A stretch of 62,568 nucleotides of DNA, the filler included. It is 11 parts of 11 records of this genome, joined end to end, with 100 filler letters (N's around TTAATTAATTAA, not from the genome) between each part and the next. Parts side by side here need not be neighbours in the genome. Positions count along the whole stretch, not along the records: positions 6,723 to 11,497 come from SRR20825010_4068; positions 11,598 to 14,799 come from SRR20825010_4071; positions 14,900 to 18,945 come from SRR20825010_4078; positions 19,046 to 28,243 come from SRR20825010_4087; 7 more parts are not named here. The stretch is one strand, 5' to 3'. The notes under the pieces are model-generated. The model saw only the letters and a program-made list of their open reading frames with translations, was not told the origin of the DNA and ran no database searches. Each line of letters begins with the position of its first letter. Position 1 is the first letter of the stretch. The translations under genes were made by a program, and so were the position numbers. Below, in pieces: positions 9,594-19,389 of this stretch.

Positions 9594-10877
9594 TCAATAG
9601 CCCGTCAGGGTTTCGCTCAAGATTTCGTGTAGCTCGGCTCGCGTTGTTGCGTTCAGATGCGAGTATTGGTCGGGCACAGTCTCTGCGGTCAGGATGGTTC
9701 GCAATTGCGTCAAAATTGCTGTTCGCAGCGTTGGCTGCAGGGCATCAAAGGCTTCGGTGTAGACCAGGAAGCTACACGGGTATCGGAACAACCTGGTTTG
9801 CAGATCAAACTTCCGAAGGGATCGCCCCTTCGAATCGATCGGCCCGCGTGCCTCGAACTCATGCACAAATTCGCCCGCAGTTTCGATGGGTGACTCCAAC
9901 GGTTCCTCGTCGCAGAACAGGATTGCCTTCAACACTTGGCGTGCGGCTTGGGCGATTTGCATCGACAGCTCCTTGTCGTCTGTTTCGCTGGTGCTCTGCC
10001 CCTTCGCTAGACGCTGTGCACGATCGTACTCCAGCTTTCGAACGGTAAAGTCCGCTTTGACGAATACATTGTGCACGCTGGTTTGATGCCCCAGCACCAT
10101 CAACGCCGCAATGTCGCTGGTCGGCAACAGGTACCCGGACGTGTCAAAGCGATCTTCCAAGTCCGTGACATTGCCGCTGCGACGCAGATCCAACGTGTTG
10201 CCTCGCAAGAAGGCGTTGCCCATGTGCTGCATGGAACCATGGTTGCCGGTCACGTACCAACCGCCCCAACGCTCCGCAAAGGGACTGGAATCACTGGTCA
10301 CGTGCGAGGGGAACTGGGCATTGATCCCACCGTCGTGAAACGGCGAAACGCTCCGAATCATATGTCCCGGCAACCCGCCCGTCATCGATGTGGCATGGCA
10401 ACCCAAACAGTCATAGTCTGACCGAGTCATCTTTGCTCGCCAGGGTTTCATGTCGACGGTGTAGAACGCCGCTCCCAACTTCGAATCGGCGGTTGAGACT
10501 TCAACCAACGAACTGCCGCGTACCCAGCCGACATAAGTGTCGTCGTTGAAGTAGATGGCTCGCGGGTTGGAACGTGAAATGTGCTGGACCTGCATGCTGG
10601 TCTTGGAAAACACCAGCGTTTGCGACGAAACCGGGATATCCAAAGCCTCCAGGAGCGATTCCAAGTGCCCGCGTGGCTTGCTGTAATCTAGACGCACTTC
10701 TTTGGACTGGATCTTCGCAATCAACCGGCTGACGCGATTGTCCTCGACCGTGTCGGAGTAAGAAACCGGCGGCTCCTCGATGTCCATCAAACCTTGCGCT
10801 GACACCGCAGAAATGCCTGCCCATCCCAAGGTCAGAACCATCGCCACCAGGCATTTCAACGATGAATGATTCGTCAT
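9594..10877 (-). CDS. Exported hypothetical protein with a single CxxCH heme-c motif
   Basis: Signal peptide (AISAVSA-Q), CLGCH motif, conserved-looking SQTLVFSKTS / PRAIYFNDD / RWGGWYVTG blocks. Confidence 0.75.
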   Translation of the reverse strand: MTNHSSLKCLVAMVLTLGWAGISAVSAQGLMDIEEPPVSYSDTVEDNRVSRLIAKIQSKEVRLDYSKPRGHLESLLEALDIPVSSQTLVFSKTSMQVQHISRSNPRAIYFNDDTYVGWVRGSSLVEVSTADSKLGAAFYTVDMKPWRAKMTRSDYDCLGCHATSMTGGLPGHMIRSVSPFHDGGINAQFPSHVTSDSSPFAERWGGWYVTGNHGSMQHMGNAFLRGNTLDLRRSGNVTDLEDRFDTSGYLLPTSDIAALMVLGHQTSVHNVFVKADFTVRKLEYDRAQRLAKGQSTSETDDKELSMQIAQAARQVLKAILFCDEEPLESPIETAGEFVHEFEARGPIDSKGRSLRKFDLQTRLFRYPCSFLVYTEAFDALQPTLRTAILTQLRTILTAETVPDQYSHLNATTRAELHEILSETLTGY

Positions 10878-11117
10878 GAACTCGCCAATGTCACGTGATT
10901 GATTTCGGGTCATGTCTCGTTCAGGGTTCGCAGAATCTCAGCACGGTTTGATTGACGCGCAGCCCAGTACCACCGGTTTTCGCTACGCCAATTACGTACA
11001 CCTCTCTGTATAGAATACACTGTAAGCGCCTCCACGTGAACGCTGCCCGGGCGTGAACTCCGCAGGTATTCCCACAACCAAGAGAATGAACTCAGCGAAT
11101 GAGTTCAAAAAGGGACA

Positions 11118-11497
11118 TCACCGGGCGCCGAGCACCCAAGCCCCAACCACGATTGCTCCGGTGATCACACCAACGACCATTTGGAACGAACCGCGGGCAA
11201 GCCACGTCTCCGGCAAGCGGCATCCGATCCAGCCAAACATCGTCCCAGCGACGAAACCGGTGACGTGCGCCAACACATCGGTCCGTTCGCCTTCCAGCCC
11301 CATGAACGACAACAACAGGACACCGCCGATCAAGGGACTCCAGCGAACCAATGCCTTCGTCGATGTTTTGTATCGAGGGTGCATCGCGTGCGCGACCAGA
11401 ATCCCCAACGCGGCAAACACGGCAGTCGATGCACCGATCGAAGTGTGCGCCGCGTCTCGAATCACGGCGTTCATCAAATTCCCCAACGCACCGGCCA
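11118..11497 (-). CDS. Rhomboid intramembrane serine protease (5' truncated)
   Basis: GASTAVF catalytic Ser motif and AHVTGF catalytic His motif within hydrophobic helices. Confidence 0.85.
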
Positions 11498-11597
11498 NNN
11501 NNNNNNNNNNNNNNNNNNNNNNNNNNNNNNNNNNNNNNNNNTTAATTAATTAANNNNNNNNNNNNNNNNNNNNNNNNNNNNNNNNNNNNNNNNNNNN
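11498..11597. other. Artificial contig-joining spacer
   Basis: 44 N + TTAATTAATTAA + 44 N. Confidence 0.98.
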
Positions 11598-12871
11598 GTG
11601 ATTTCAACGAAATCAAGGAAGAAGCCCAGAACAAAAATCAGCGCCATGCAAAAGACCAGCGCACCGGTCGGGCCGCCGGGCATGGATTCCAGAATTTCGG
11701 CCACATGGCCTTCACCGCCCAGTCCGACAAACACCAGCGAGAACATGCTGGCTGTCAGGATGGTGGCGAAAATCATCGAACTGACCGTCATGGTCGAGGT
11801 CAGGGCAGATTTCAGAATATCGGTCTTCCATGCCTGACGCAGACAGGCAAGTATCGTAATGATCCCGATCACTGCAAGCACCACATAGCCCGCACCCAGC
11901 ACATAATCAAAACCGGTCAGATCATTGCGCTGGAACCGCACAGGTGCGACACCGGCCATCACGGCCAAAATCAAAAGGGCGATGGTTCCGATCAAAACCA
12001 GATTGCGGTTGGCCCCCTGACGGACACCAGCCATCAGCATGGCACCAATTGCGCCGACGGATGCGGCCTCGGTCGGGGTGGCGACCCCGCCCAGAATGGC
12101 GCCCAGAACGGCAAAGATCAAAAGAACCGGTGGCAGAACCGCCCGGGCAACCTCGCCGATGCTTGGGCGACCATCATCGCTTTTGACTGGCGGCATATCA
12201 TCGGGAAGGAACACCCCGCGCAGCAGGATATAAAGGATATAAATCGCAACCAGTGTCAGACCCGGGATCAGTGCACCGGCAAAAATCTGACCGACCGAAA
12301 TCGTTTCAATCGTGAACTTGCCCTGTTCATACTGGGCCTGCTGATAAGCCGATGACATCACATCCGAAAGAATGATCAGAAGCGTCGAGGGCGGAATAAT
12401 CTGGCCCAAAGTACCGGCTGTGCAAACAAGCCCGGATGCCAGTTTCGGGTTATACCCCGTGCGCAACATGGTCGGCAGGGCAATCATCCCCATGGCAATC
12501 ACCGTCGCCCCGACAATCCCGGTAGAAGCGGCCAGTAACGCGCCGACCAGCACGACCGAAATACCCAAACCGCCGCGCAACTGTCCGAACAGACGCCCCA
12601 TGGTATGAAGCAAATCTTCGGCAATGCGTGATCGTTCCAGGGTCACACCCATGATGACAAACAACGGAATGGCAATCAGGACGTTATTGGTCAGTGTGCC
12701 AAATACGCGCTGTCCGAATGCCCCCATCAGGCCGATATTCATCGTATCGGTGACCCAGCCGATATAGCCGAAAATCACCGCAATCCCGGCAATTGAAAAC
12801 GACACCGGAAAACCCAAAAGGATGCAGCCCATCAGGGCGGCAAACATCAAAAAATCAAGATATTCCAACAT
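11598..12871 (-). CDS. dctM: TRAP transporter large permease DctM (3' truncated)
   Basis: AIPLF, GTLGQIIPPS and ATPTEAA motifs; many TM helices. Confidence 0.92.
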
Positions 12872-13392
12872 CAGCTTTGCGCACCCCGGTCTTCAACGCC
12901 ACTGCGCAAGGTAATGATTTGTCTGAGCAAACAGGCAAGGGACTGAATAATCAAAAGAATGCAAAAGGCGGGGATCAGGGACTTCAAAAGCCAGACTGCG
13001 GGAATGCCGCCAACCGAAATCGCGCCTTCCATCATCGAGACAGAATTAATCACGGATGGCCAGGTCCAATACAGCAGTGCCAGCATCGAAGGGATCGCCA
13101 GAACCAGATAGCCGAATGTATCGATCCGCGCCTTGGTCTTGTCGGTGGCCGCCGCATAAAAAATGTCCACCCGGACATGCCGATCGACCAAAAGCGTATA
13201 ACCCGCACCAAGCATGAAAAGCCCGGAATGCAGGTACAGAACACTTTCATTGAGCGCGATTGAACTGAAACCGAAAACATAGCGCAGCAACACCACGGTA
13301 AACTGCAAAAGAACCATGATCAGTGCAAACCAGCGCACCGTCATGCCGGTCCAGTGATTGACCAGATCAAGCCGATCAGCAAGGCGTTCCAT
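12871..13392 (-). CDS. dctQ: TRAP transporter small permease DctQ
   Basis: Four TM helices and HVRVDIFY motif; lies between dctP and dctM. Confidence 0.9.
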   Translation of the reverse strand: MERLADRLDLVNHWTGMTVRWFALIMVLLQFTVVLLRYVFGFSSIALNESVLYLHSGLFMLGAGYTLLVDRHVRVDIFYAAATDKTKARIDTFGYLVLAIPSMLALLYWTWPSVINSVSMMEGAISVGGIPAVWLLKSLIPAFCILLIIQSLACLLRQIITLRSGVEDRGAQS

Positions 13393-13416
13393 GATTTTCC
13401 CCAAGGCGAAAAACAA

Positions 13417-13443
13417 CCGGCGCAGGGAATGTCCCTGCGCCGG
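13417..13443 (-). terminator. Hairpin after dctP (partial terminator or mRNA stabiliser)
   Basis: CCGGCGCAGGGA-ATG-TCCCTGCGCCGG, followed on the - strand by TTGTTTTT. Confidence 0.7.
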
Positions 13444-13455
13444 ATATCATTTTTA

Positions 13456-14550
13456 TCAGAAGCCAAGCACTTTGGCGCGTGCATTCATCTGACCGTTATC
13501 GGCATAGGTCATATACCCACCGATCAGGTCGCGATAGGATACAAAGCTTTCAGCAACCTTGCGGGTCAGGGCATCGTCGCTTTCGCGCAATTCTGCAATG
13601 ACTTCCGCACCGGCTTTGCCCATGGCATCAATCACGTCTTCTGGCAGCATACGGACTTTAACATCCTGTTCTGCAACCAGTTTCTGCAATGCCATCGCGT
13701 GTTTGGTCTCATACTCGGTCCAGACTTCGTTATAAAGACTGTCACAGGCAAACTTGACCACGGCTTTCAGATCATCGGGAAGATCGGCATATGCCTTGGC
13801 ATTAACCGCACATTCTTCTGCCGATGAAGGTTCGCCAACACCCGGCCAGTAGTAGTTTTTGGCAACCTGATAGAAACCAAGTGCGCTGTCACTCCACGGA
13901 CCGATGAACTCACCGGCATCCAGTGCACCGGACTGCAGGGCCTGGAACATGTCGCGACCACCCATGGCTTGAACCGCCATACCGAGTTTCGAACACATTT
14001 CAGAAGCCAGACCGGTGGTACGGAATTTAAGACCTTTAAGGTCTTCTGCCGATTTGATTTCATCACGGAACCAACCTGCCCACTGCGGGCCGGAGTTGCC
14101 GCAAAGGAACGGTTTCAGGCCGAATTGGCCATACATTTCATCATACAGTTCCTGACCGCCACCATGGGCAAGCCAGCCAACCTGTTCATCTGCACGCAGA
14201 CCAAACGGCTGCGAACCGAACAGAAGAATGCCCTTGGATTTTGAACCCCAATAGGCCGGAACTGCGTGATACAGCTCGGCGGTGCCTTCGGCAACGGCAT
14301 CAAAAACACCCGGTCCCGGAACCAGTTCACCAGCAGCATGAAGTTTGACTTCAATGCGGCCGCCCGAAAGCGTTGTAATACGATCGGCCAGTTTCTGGGC
14401 AGCAACACCGGGTCCAGGCAGGTTTTTTGGCCATGCGGTAACCATGTTCCACTGGCGTTTGTCCTGTGCGATGGCAGGGGTGGCAAAGGTCGCAGCGGCC
14501 GCTGCACCAACACCAGCCACACCGGCTGTCAGAAAATCACGTCTCTTCAT
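13456..14550 (-). CDS. dctP: TRAP substrate-binding protein, Tat-exported (TakP-like)
   Basis: MKRRDFL twin-arginine signal; MVTAWPK, GLKFR and YYWPG motifs. Confidence 0.9.
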   Translation of the reverse strand: MKRRDFLTAGVAGVGAAAAATFATPAIAQDKRQWNMVTAWPKNLPGPGVAAQKLADRITTLSGGRIEVKLHAAGELVPGPGVFDAVAEGTAELYHAVPAYWGSKSKGILLFGSQPFGLRADEQVGWLAHGGGQELYDEMYGQFGLKPFLCGNSGPQWAGWFRDEIKSAEDLKGLKFRTTGLASEMCSKLGMAVQAMGGRDMFQALQSGALDAGEFIGPWSDSALGFYQVAKNYYWPGVGEPSSAEECAVNAKAYADLPDDLKAVVKFACDSLYNEVWTEYETKHAMALQKLVAEQDVKVRMLPEDVIDAMGKAGAEVIAELRESDDALTRKVAESFVSYRDLIGGYMTYADNGQMNARAKVLGF

Positions 14551-14624
14551 GTTAAGAAGCCTCCTTGATTAAACCCTGATCAGGTTGAGAAGGGGCAAAA
14601 AGCCCCCGCTTTTACGTATCGAAG

Positions 14625-14799
14625 TTATTTGCCGAGAATACCGGGCAGATTCAGCCCGTTTTCCCGTGCGCAATCCAGTGCGATGTCATAACCGGCATCA
14701 GCGTGACGCATCACACCGGTTGCCGGATCGTTCCAAAGGACGCGTTCGACCCTGCGTGCGGCATCTTCTGTGCCGTCACAACAAATCACCATGCCGGAA
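14625..14799 (-). CDS. hutU: Urocanate hydratase C-terminus (5' truncated; absent from the ORF track)
   Basis: Manual translation [57 protein letters not shown] matches the urocanase C-terminal signature. Confidence 0.9.
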
Positions 14800-14899
14800 N
14801 NNNNNNNNNNNNNNNNNNNNNNNNNNNNNNNNNNNNNNNNNNNTTAATTAATTAANNNNNNNNNNNNNNNNNNNNNNNNNNNNNNNNNNNNNNNNNNNN
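14800..14899. other. Artificial contig-joining spacer
   Basis: 44 N + TTAATTAATTAA + 44 N. Confidence 0.98.
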
Positions 14900-15377
14900 G
14901 CTCCAGCATCTGGTATTCCTTGCCGGTCAAATGGACACGGGCGCTATCGACTTCGACTGTCTTGGTGTCGAGGTTGACTGTGAGCTTGCCTGTGTTGATG
15001 ACTGACTGGGAGTGACCCTTGGAACGACGCACCACAGCGTGGATACGTGCCACAAGTTCGTCCTTGTGGAAGGGTTTGGTCATGTAGTCGTCGGCACCGA
15101 AGCCCAGACCGCGAACCTTGTTCTCGATGCCGGCGAGACCGGAGAGAATGAGGATCGGCGTTGTAACTTTGCCGGTACGCAGCGATTTGAGGACTTCATA
15201 GCCGCTCATATCGGGGAGGTTCAGGTCAAGAAGGATGATGTCGTAATCGTACAACTTGCCCAGATCGACCCCTTCTTCGCCAAGGTCGGTGGTGTACACA
15301 TTAAAACCGTCAGACTTCAGCATCAGTTCGATGCTCTGAGCGGTTGCACTATCGTCTTCAATGAGCAGAACTCGCAT
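14900..15377 (-). CDS. ctrA: Cell-cycle response regulator CtrA (3' truncated)
   Basis: [22 protein letters not shown]...[20 protein letters not shown] is the characteristic CtrA sequence. Confidence 0.96.
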
Positions 15378-15458
15378 GGTGCCCCTCTTTGCGGTCGCGC
15401 GGTAGCTTCACCGCATTAGCCCGAAATTTATCAACAATGAAACGGTAACCCTATTTGG

Positions 15459-15528
15459 TTAACAAAGGTTAACCGAAGTCAAAAAATTTTCAGAAAGTTT
15501 GAATTTTTTTACCAAGACTCGCTTAACC
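15459..15528. promoter_or_regulatory. ctrA promoter: CtrA half-sites and a GANTC (CcrM) site
   Basis: TTAA-N6-TTAAC at 15459-15473, GACTC at 15516-15520, TTAACC at 15523-15528. Confidence 0.6.
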
Positions 15529-15641
15529 GGTATGTTTTTTCGGTAAATACGGCTGATTTCTGCCGGTTTGTCTTGCGCGTGTTTTTCTGCCGGAGGAAGC
15601 TTTTTGAACTTCTTTGCTATTCGAAGTTTCTCTGATCAGGG

Positions 15642-15656
15642 TTTACGCAGTCTTAA
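15642..15656. promoter_or_regulatory. Near-consensus CtrA box upstream of fliI
   Basis: TTTA-CGCAGTC-TTAA (TTAA-N7-TAAAC on the - strand), one mismatch to TTAA-N7-TTAA, about 100 nt before fliI. Confidence 0.6.
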
Positions 15657-15754
15657 ATTCTTCCCGTCATGATGAAGATATTGTTGATCCGGTTTGAGTA
15701 AACGCCGGAAAACTGCCGATTTTGTGTGGCAGGCATGATGCGGAGAGATAAGAC

Positions 15755-17104
15755 GTGAAAGCGCTTCTGGCGGAAATAAACGGATTGGCCGAGGTCCAGC
15801 ATTATGGTCGGGTGGTTTCCATCCAGGGCCTGATGGTGGAAATTGCGGGCCCGCTGCATGCAATGGGTGTCGGTAGCCGCCTCGCGGTTGCCAGTCGAAC
15901 CGGCGAAGACATTGATTGCGAAGTCGTTGGTTTTCGCGACGGTCGGGCGCTTTGCCTGCCATTTGCCTCGCTTTCGGGTATCGGCGTTGGCTGCAAGGCG
16001 ACTGTGAGCGCGGAAGAGCCGCATGTTTATCCCACAAATGCGTGGCTTGGCCGTGTGGTCAATGCGATGGGCGAGCCGATTGATGGCAAAGGCCCAATCC
16101 AGCAGGGTGCCACACCTTATAATCTGCGCAATGCGCCACCGCCTGCCCATACGCGCCAGCGTGTCAAAGGCAAGCTTGACCTTGGTGTGCGCGCGCTGAA
16201 TACATTTCTGACCACGTGCCGCGGTCAACGTATGGGCATTTTTGCCGGATCCGGCGTGGGCAAGTCTGTTCTTCTATCCATGATGGCCCGCAACACGGCT
16301 TGCGGTGTCGCAGTAATCGGTCTGATCGGTGAACGTGGCCGTGAAGTGCAGGAGTTTCTGGAAGATGACCTTGGGCCGGAAGGCCTTGCCCGCTCTGTTG
16401 TCGTGGTCGCGACGTCTGACGAAGCTGCTTTGATGCGTCGACAGGCGGCGTATTTGACGCTGACACTTTCCGAATTTTTCCGCGATCAGGGCCAAGATGT
16501 TCTCTGCATGATGGATAGCGTGACCCGCTTTGCCATGGCGCAGCGCGAAATCGGCCTTTCGGCAGGCGAACCGCCGACCAGCAAGGGCTATACGCCCACT
16601 GTTTTTGCCGAATTGCCGAAATTGTTGGAACGTGCCGGTCCGGGAACGGGCGAGGGTACTGTTACCGGCATTTTTACGGTGCTGGTTGATGGTGATGACC
16701 ATAATGAACCGGTGGCGGATGCGGTGCGCTCCATTCTTGACGGGCATATCGTGATGGAACGCTCGATTGCCGAACGTGGGCGTTATCCTGCTGTTAATAT
16801 TCTCAAGTCCGTCTCGCGCACCATGCCCGGCTGCAATAGCGAGGAAGAAAACACGCTTATCCGCCGTGCGCGTAATCTGATGGCGACCTATGACGATATG
16901 GAAGAACTGATCCGGCTGGGTGCTTATCGCGCGGGTTCGGATGAAATCGTCGATGAAGCAATTTTTTATCAACCAGCTTTTGATAAATTTCTGGGACAGC
17001 GCAAGGATGAGGCCACCGACATGGCAAGTGGATACGCCATGCTCGAAGAAATTCTTGCGCAACCCATGCCGCCCAAGGACTGGGCTGCCCAAGGAACTGA
17101 ATGA
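15755..17104 (+). CDS. fliI: Flagellar export ATPase FliI
   Basis: Walker [25 protein letters not shown] and GRYPA motifs. Confidence 0.95.
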   Translation: MKALLAEINGLAEVQHYGRVVSIQGLMVEIAGPLHAMGVGSRLAVASRTGEDIDCEVVGFRDGRALCLPFASLSGIGVGCKATVSAEEPHVYPTNAWLGRVVNAMGEPIDGKGPIQQGATPYNLRNAPPPAHTRQRVKGKLDLGVRALNTFLTTCRGQRMGIFAGSGVGKSVLLSMMARNTACGVAVIGLIGERGREVQEFLEDDLGPEGLARSVVVVATSDEAALMRRQAAYLTLTLSEFFRDQGQDVLCMMDSVTRFAMAQREIGLSAGEPPTSKGYTPTVFAELPKLLERAGPGTGEGTVTGIFTVLVDGDDHNEPVADAVRSILDGHIVMERSIAERGRYPAVNILKSVSRTMPGCNSEEENTLIRRARNLMATYDDMEELIRLGAYRAGSDEIVDEAIFYQPAFDKFLGQRKDEATDMASGYAMLEEILAQPMPPKDWAAQGTE

Positions 17105-17514
17105 TGCGCAATCGTGAATCACTTATTCGTCTGCACCGCTTTCAGGTTGACGAAAAACGCCGCAAACTGGCGGAACTCGAACTGATGGCACAAGAGTTTC
17201 GTGCTCGCGAGCGCGAGCTTGAAGCACAGGTGGATGCCGAGCAGAAAAAAGCTGGCATTTCGGACGTGGCGCATTTCGCCTATCCGATGTTTGCTAAATC
17301 CGTGATCCGGCGCCGCCAGAATATTCTGACGTCTATCGAGGATATTGAGCGTCAGCTTGATTCCGCCAAAGAAGAATTGTCGGATGCTTTTCGTGAACTC
17401 AAGAAATATGAAGTGATCGAGGACAACCGCAAGCGCAAGATGCGCAAGGAAGTCATGCGTGTGGAGCAGGCACAGCTTGACGAAGTGGCGCTGGGCATTC
17501 ATCGCCGCCAGTAA
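17101..17514 (+). CDS. fliJ: Flagellar export chaperone FliJ
   Basis: Coiled-coil protein beginning [14 protein letters not shown], overlapping the fliI stop. Confidence 0.88.
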   Translation: MMRNRESLIRLHRFQVDEKRRKLAELELMAQEFRARERELEAQVDAEQKKAGISDVAHFAYPMFAKSVIRRRQNILTSIEDIERQLDSAKEELSDAFRELKKYEVIEDNRKRKMRKEVMRVEQAQLDEVALGIHRRQ

Positions 17515-17636
17515 TCCCCGTTTATATATATCTGCTGAGGAAAATCGAATTGATGGAGAGAGCTTAAGCTCACTACCCATCAGGCATCGGCTTCTATAGT
17601 ATGCGCCAGTCATTATTTTCTGAGCGGCGGAGCCAC

Positions 17637-18122
17637 ATGCCTTCTTTCGATATTGTTTCCAAAACCAATTTTCCCGAAGTCGATAACGCGTTGCAGAACG
17701 TGGTGAAAGAGATTGCGCAGCGTTACGATTTCAAAGGTTCCAAATGCACGATCGAGCGCAAGGAACAGGAAATCACGATCAATGCCGATGACGAGTTGAA
17801 GCTCAAGCAGATGCATGAACTGCTGCAGGGGCATCTCGTGCGCCGGCAAGTTGATCCCGGTGTGCTGGAATATAAAGATCACGAGAAGGCAGCAGGGCAG
17901 AGTGTGCGCCAGAAAGTGCTACTAAAAGACGGGATCGAAAAAGAGCTCGCGAAGCGGATTGTCAAGGATATCAAGGGATCCAGCCTGAAGGTGCAGGTCG
18001 CGATCCAGGGCGACGAATTACGCGTGTCTGGCAAGAAACGCGATGACCTTCAGGCTGCTATCCAGTTTGTGAAGGAGCTGAAAATCGAACAGCCCCTTCA
18101 ATATGAAAATTTCCGCGATTAA
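17637..18122 (+). CDS. yajQ: YajQ family cyclic di-GMP/nucleotide-binding protein
   Basis: MPSFDIVS start, RYDFKGS, RVSGKKRDDLQ and NFRD end. Confidence 0.93.
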   Translation: MPSFDIVSKTNFPEVDNALQNVVKEIAQRYDFKGSKCTIERKEQEITINADDELKLKQMHELLQGHLVRRQVDPGVLEYKDHEKAAGQSVRQKVLLKDGIEKELAKRIVKDIKGSSLKVQVAIQGDELRVSGKKRDDLQAAIQFVKELKIEQPLQYENFRD

Positions 18123-18134
18123 GGCGGGGTGGCG

Positions 18135-18458
18135 CTATGAGCGCATGACCACGCGGCGGACGAGATAGATCAGGCTGATCACCACGAAATAACCGACGAA
18201 GCGCACTGCAATGAGCTTTAACACGTCGGGATTCATGACATCTGGCAGAGTAACGCTGCCGCCACCGATGGCGCCGCGCGCAATCGTGACGATTTCATGG
18301 GCAATTGTTGCAAGTAACGCCATGCCGATAATATGGCTGTAGCGGCGCATAACAGCGGCTGCGATGACGGCAATGACAATGCCTTGTAGCGAATTGACCG
18401 TATCAAAGCCTTGATGGCCAAGTGTGATGGCCTGATCTGCGATTTGTTGCAGGTCCAT
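18135..18458 (-). CDS. Small hypothetical membrane protein (about 3 TM)
   Basis: MDLQQIADQ start after a GGGGGA RBS; hydrophobic segments. Confidence 0.7.
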   Translation of the reverse strand: MDLQQIADQAITLGHQGFDTVNSLQGIVIAVIAAAVMRRYSHIIGMALLATIAHEIVTIARGAIGGGSVTLPDVMNPDVLKLIAVRFVGYFVVISLIYLVRRVVMRS

Positions 18459-18605
18459 AATTTTTCCCCCAATTGACTCTATACTTCCCCATGCCTCGGA
18501 AAGTGGCAGATTGCTCACCTTCGAAGCAGCGCGAAGGTTAGCCCAATTTGGGACAAGGTCCAGAAAATTGCACCGCACCAATTGTTTGTGTGCGTCGCAA
18601 TATGT

Positions 18606-18945
18606 TCATGCAACTGCGGTGGCGCCTGTCTTTTTGGTCATTCTGGTGCTGGAAAAACCCAAATTTTTTGCAATGCCGCGCATGGCAATGCCTGCTTTGG
18701 ACTGCGGATGACGGAAAAGAAGCGGTACCTGATGGCGTATCGCGTCGCGCACGAATTCGTCTTGCGGGATAATCCCTGCAAGCGGGGGGGTAATATCGAG
18801 GAAATTCCGTGTCGCGTTGGTCAGTGCATTGAATGTGCGATGTGCCTGAGCTGTGTCTTTCGCCATGTTGACCACAATGCGTATGTCGGCCGCGGGGTCC
18901 TGAAAGGACAGGAGTTTGATAAAGGCATAGGCATCGGTCAGCGAT
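18606..18945 (-). CDS. MinD/FlhG(FleN)-family ATPase C-terminus (5' truncated)
   Basis: DAYAFIK...IVVNMA...GIIPQDEFVRDAIRHQ motifs typical of FlhG-like proteins. Confidence 0.75.
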
Positions 18946-19045
18946 NNNNNNNNNNNNNNNNNNNNNNNNNNNNNNNNNNNNNNNNNNNNTTAATTAATTA
19001 ANNNNNNNNNNNNNNNNNNNNNNNNNNNNNNNNNNNNNNNNNNNN
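18946..19045. other. Artificial contig-joining spacer
   Basis: 44 N + TTAATTAATTAA + 44 N. Confidence 0.98.
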
Positions 19046-19046
19046 C

Positions 19047-19322
19047 GAGGAAATCTCGGCAACCTCTGCAATCGGTTATGCGCTGCTCAAAGGATATCGG
19101 CTGGGCCTTGGCCCCGAAAGCTGGAAAACGGCCGGTCAAAAGGCTCTGCATGCCGTGCTTGGCAACATCGACAGTAATGGCGTCGTGCAACAGGTTTCCT
19201 ACGGCACCCGCATGGGACATGACCTTGAATTCTACAAGAACATCCCCCTGCACCCCACTGGCTATGGCCAATCCATGGCGCTTCTGTGTCTCGTCGAAGC
19301 TCTCAATCACATAAACGAATAG
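19047..19322 (+). CDS. GH105/GH88-type unsaturated glycuronyl hydrolase C-terminus (5' truncated; absent from the ORF track)
   Basis: Manual translation EEISATSAIGYALLKGYRLG...VQQVSYGTRMGHDLEFYKNIPLHPTGYGQSMALL resembles the YteR/YesR-like C-terminus. Confidence 0.75.
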   Translation, partial: EEISATSAIGYALLKGYRLGLGPESWKTAGQKALHAVLGNIDSNGVVQQVSYGTRMGHDLEFYKNIPLHPTGYGQSMALLCLVEALNHINE

Positions 19323-19346
19323 AATTGCGCTTCAACTGAAGTTTCG

Positions 19347-19380
19347 AAAGCCCCTGTCCGCATTGCGACAGGGGCTCTTT
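19347..19380. terminator. Bidirectional intrinsic terminator
   Basis: AAAGCCCCTGTC-CGCATTGC-GACAGGGGCTCTTT between convergent genes. Confidence 0.8.
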
Positions 19381-19389
19381 TATAAGTTT

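Noticed and set aside
14575..14584. CCTGATCAGG palindrome upstream of dctP as an operator
   Set aside because: A single 10-bp palindrome with no second copy or recognisable HutC-like motif; insufficient evidence.
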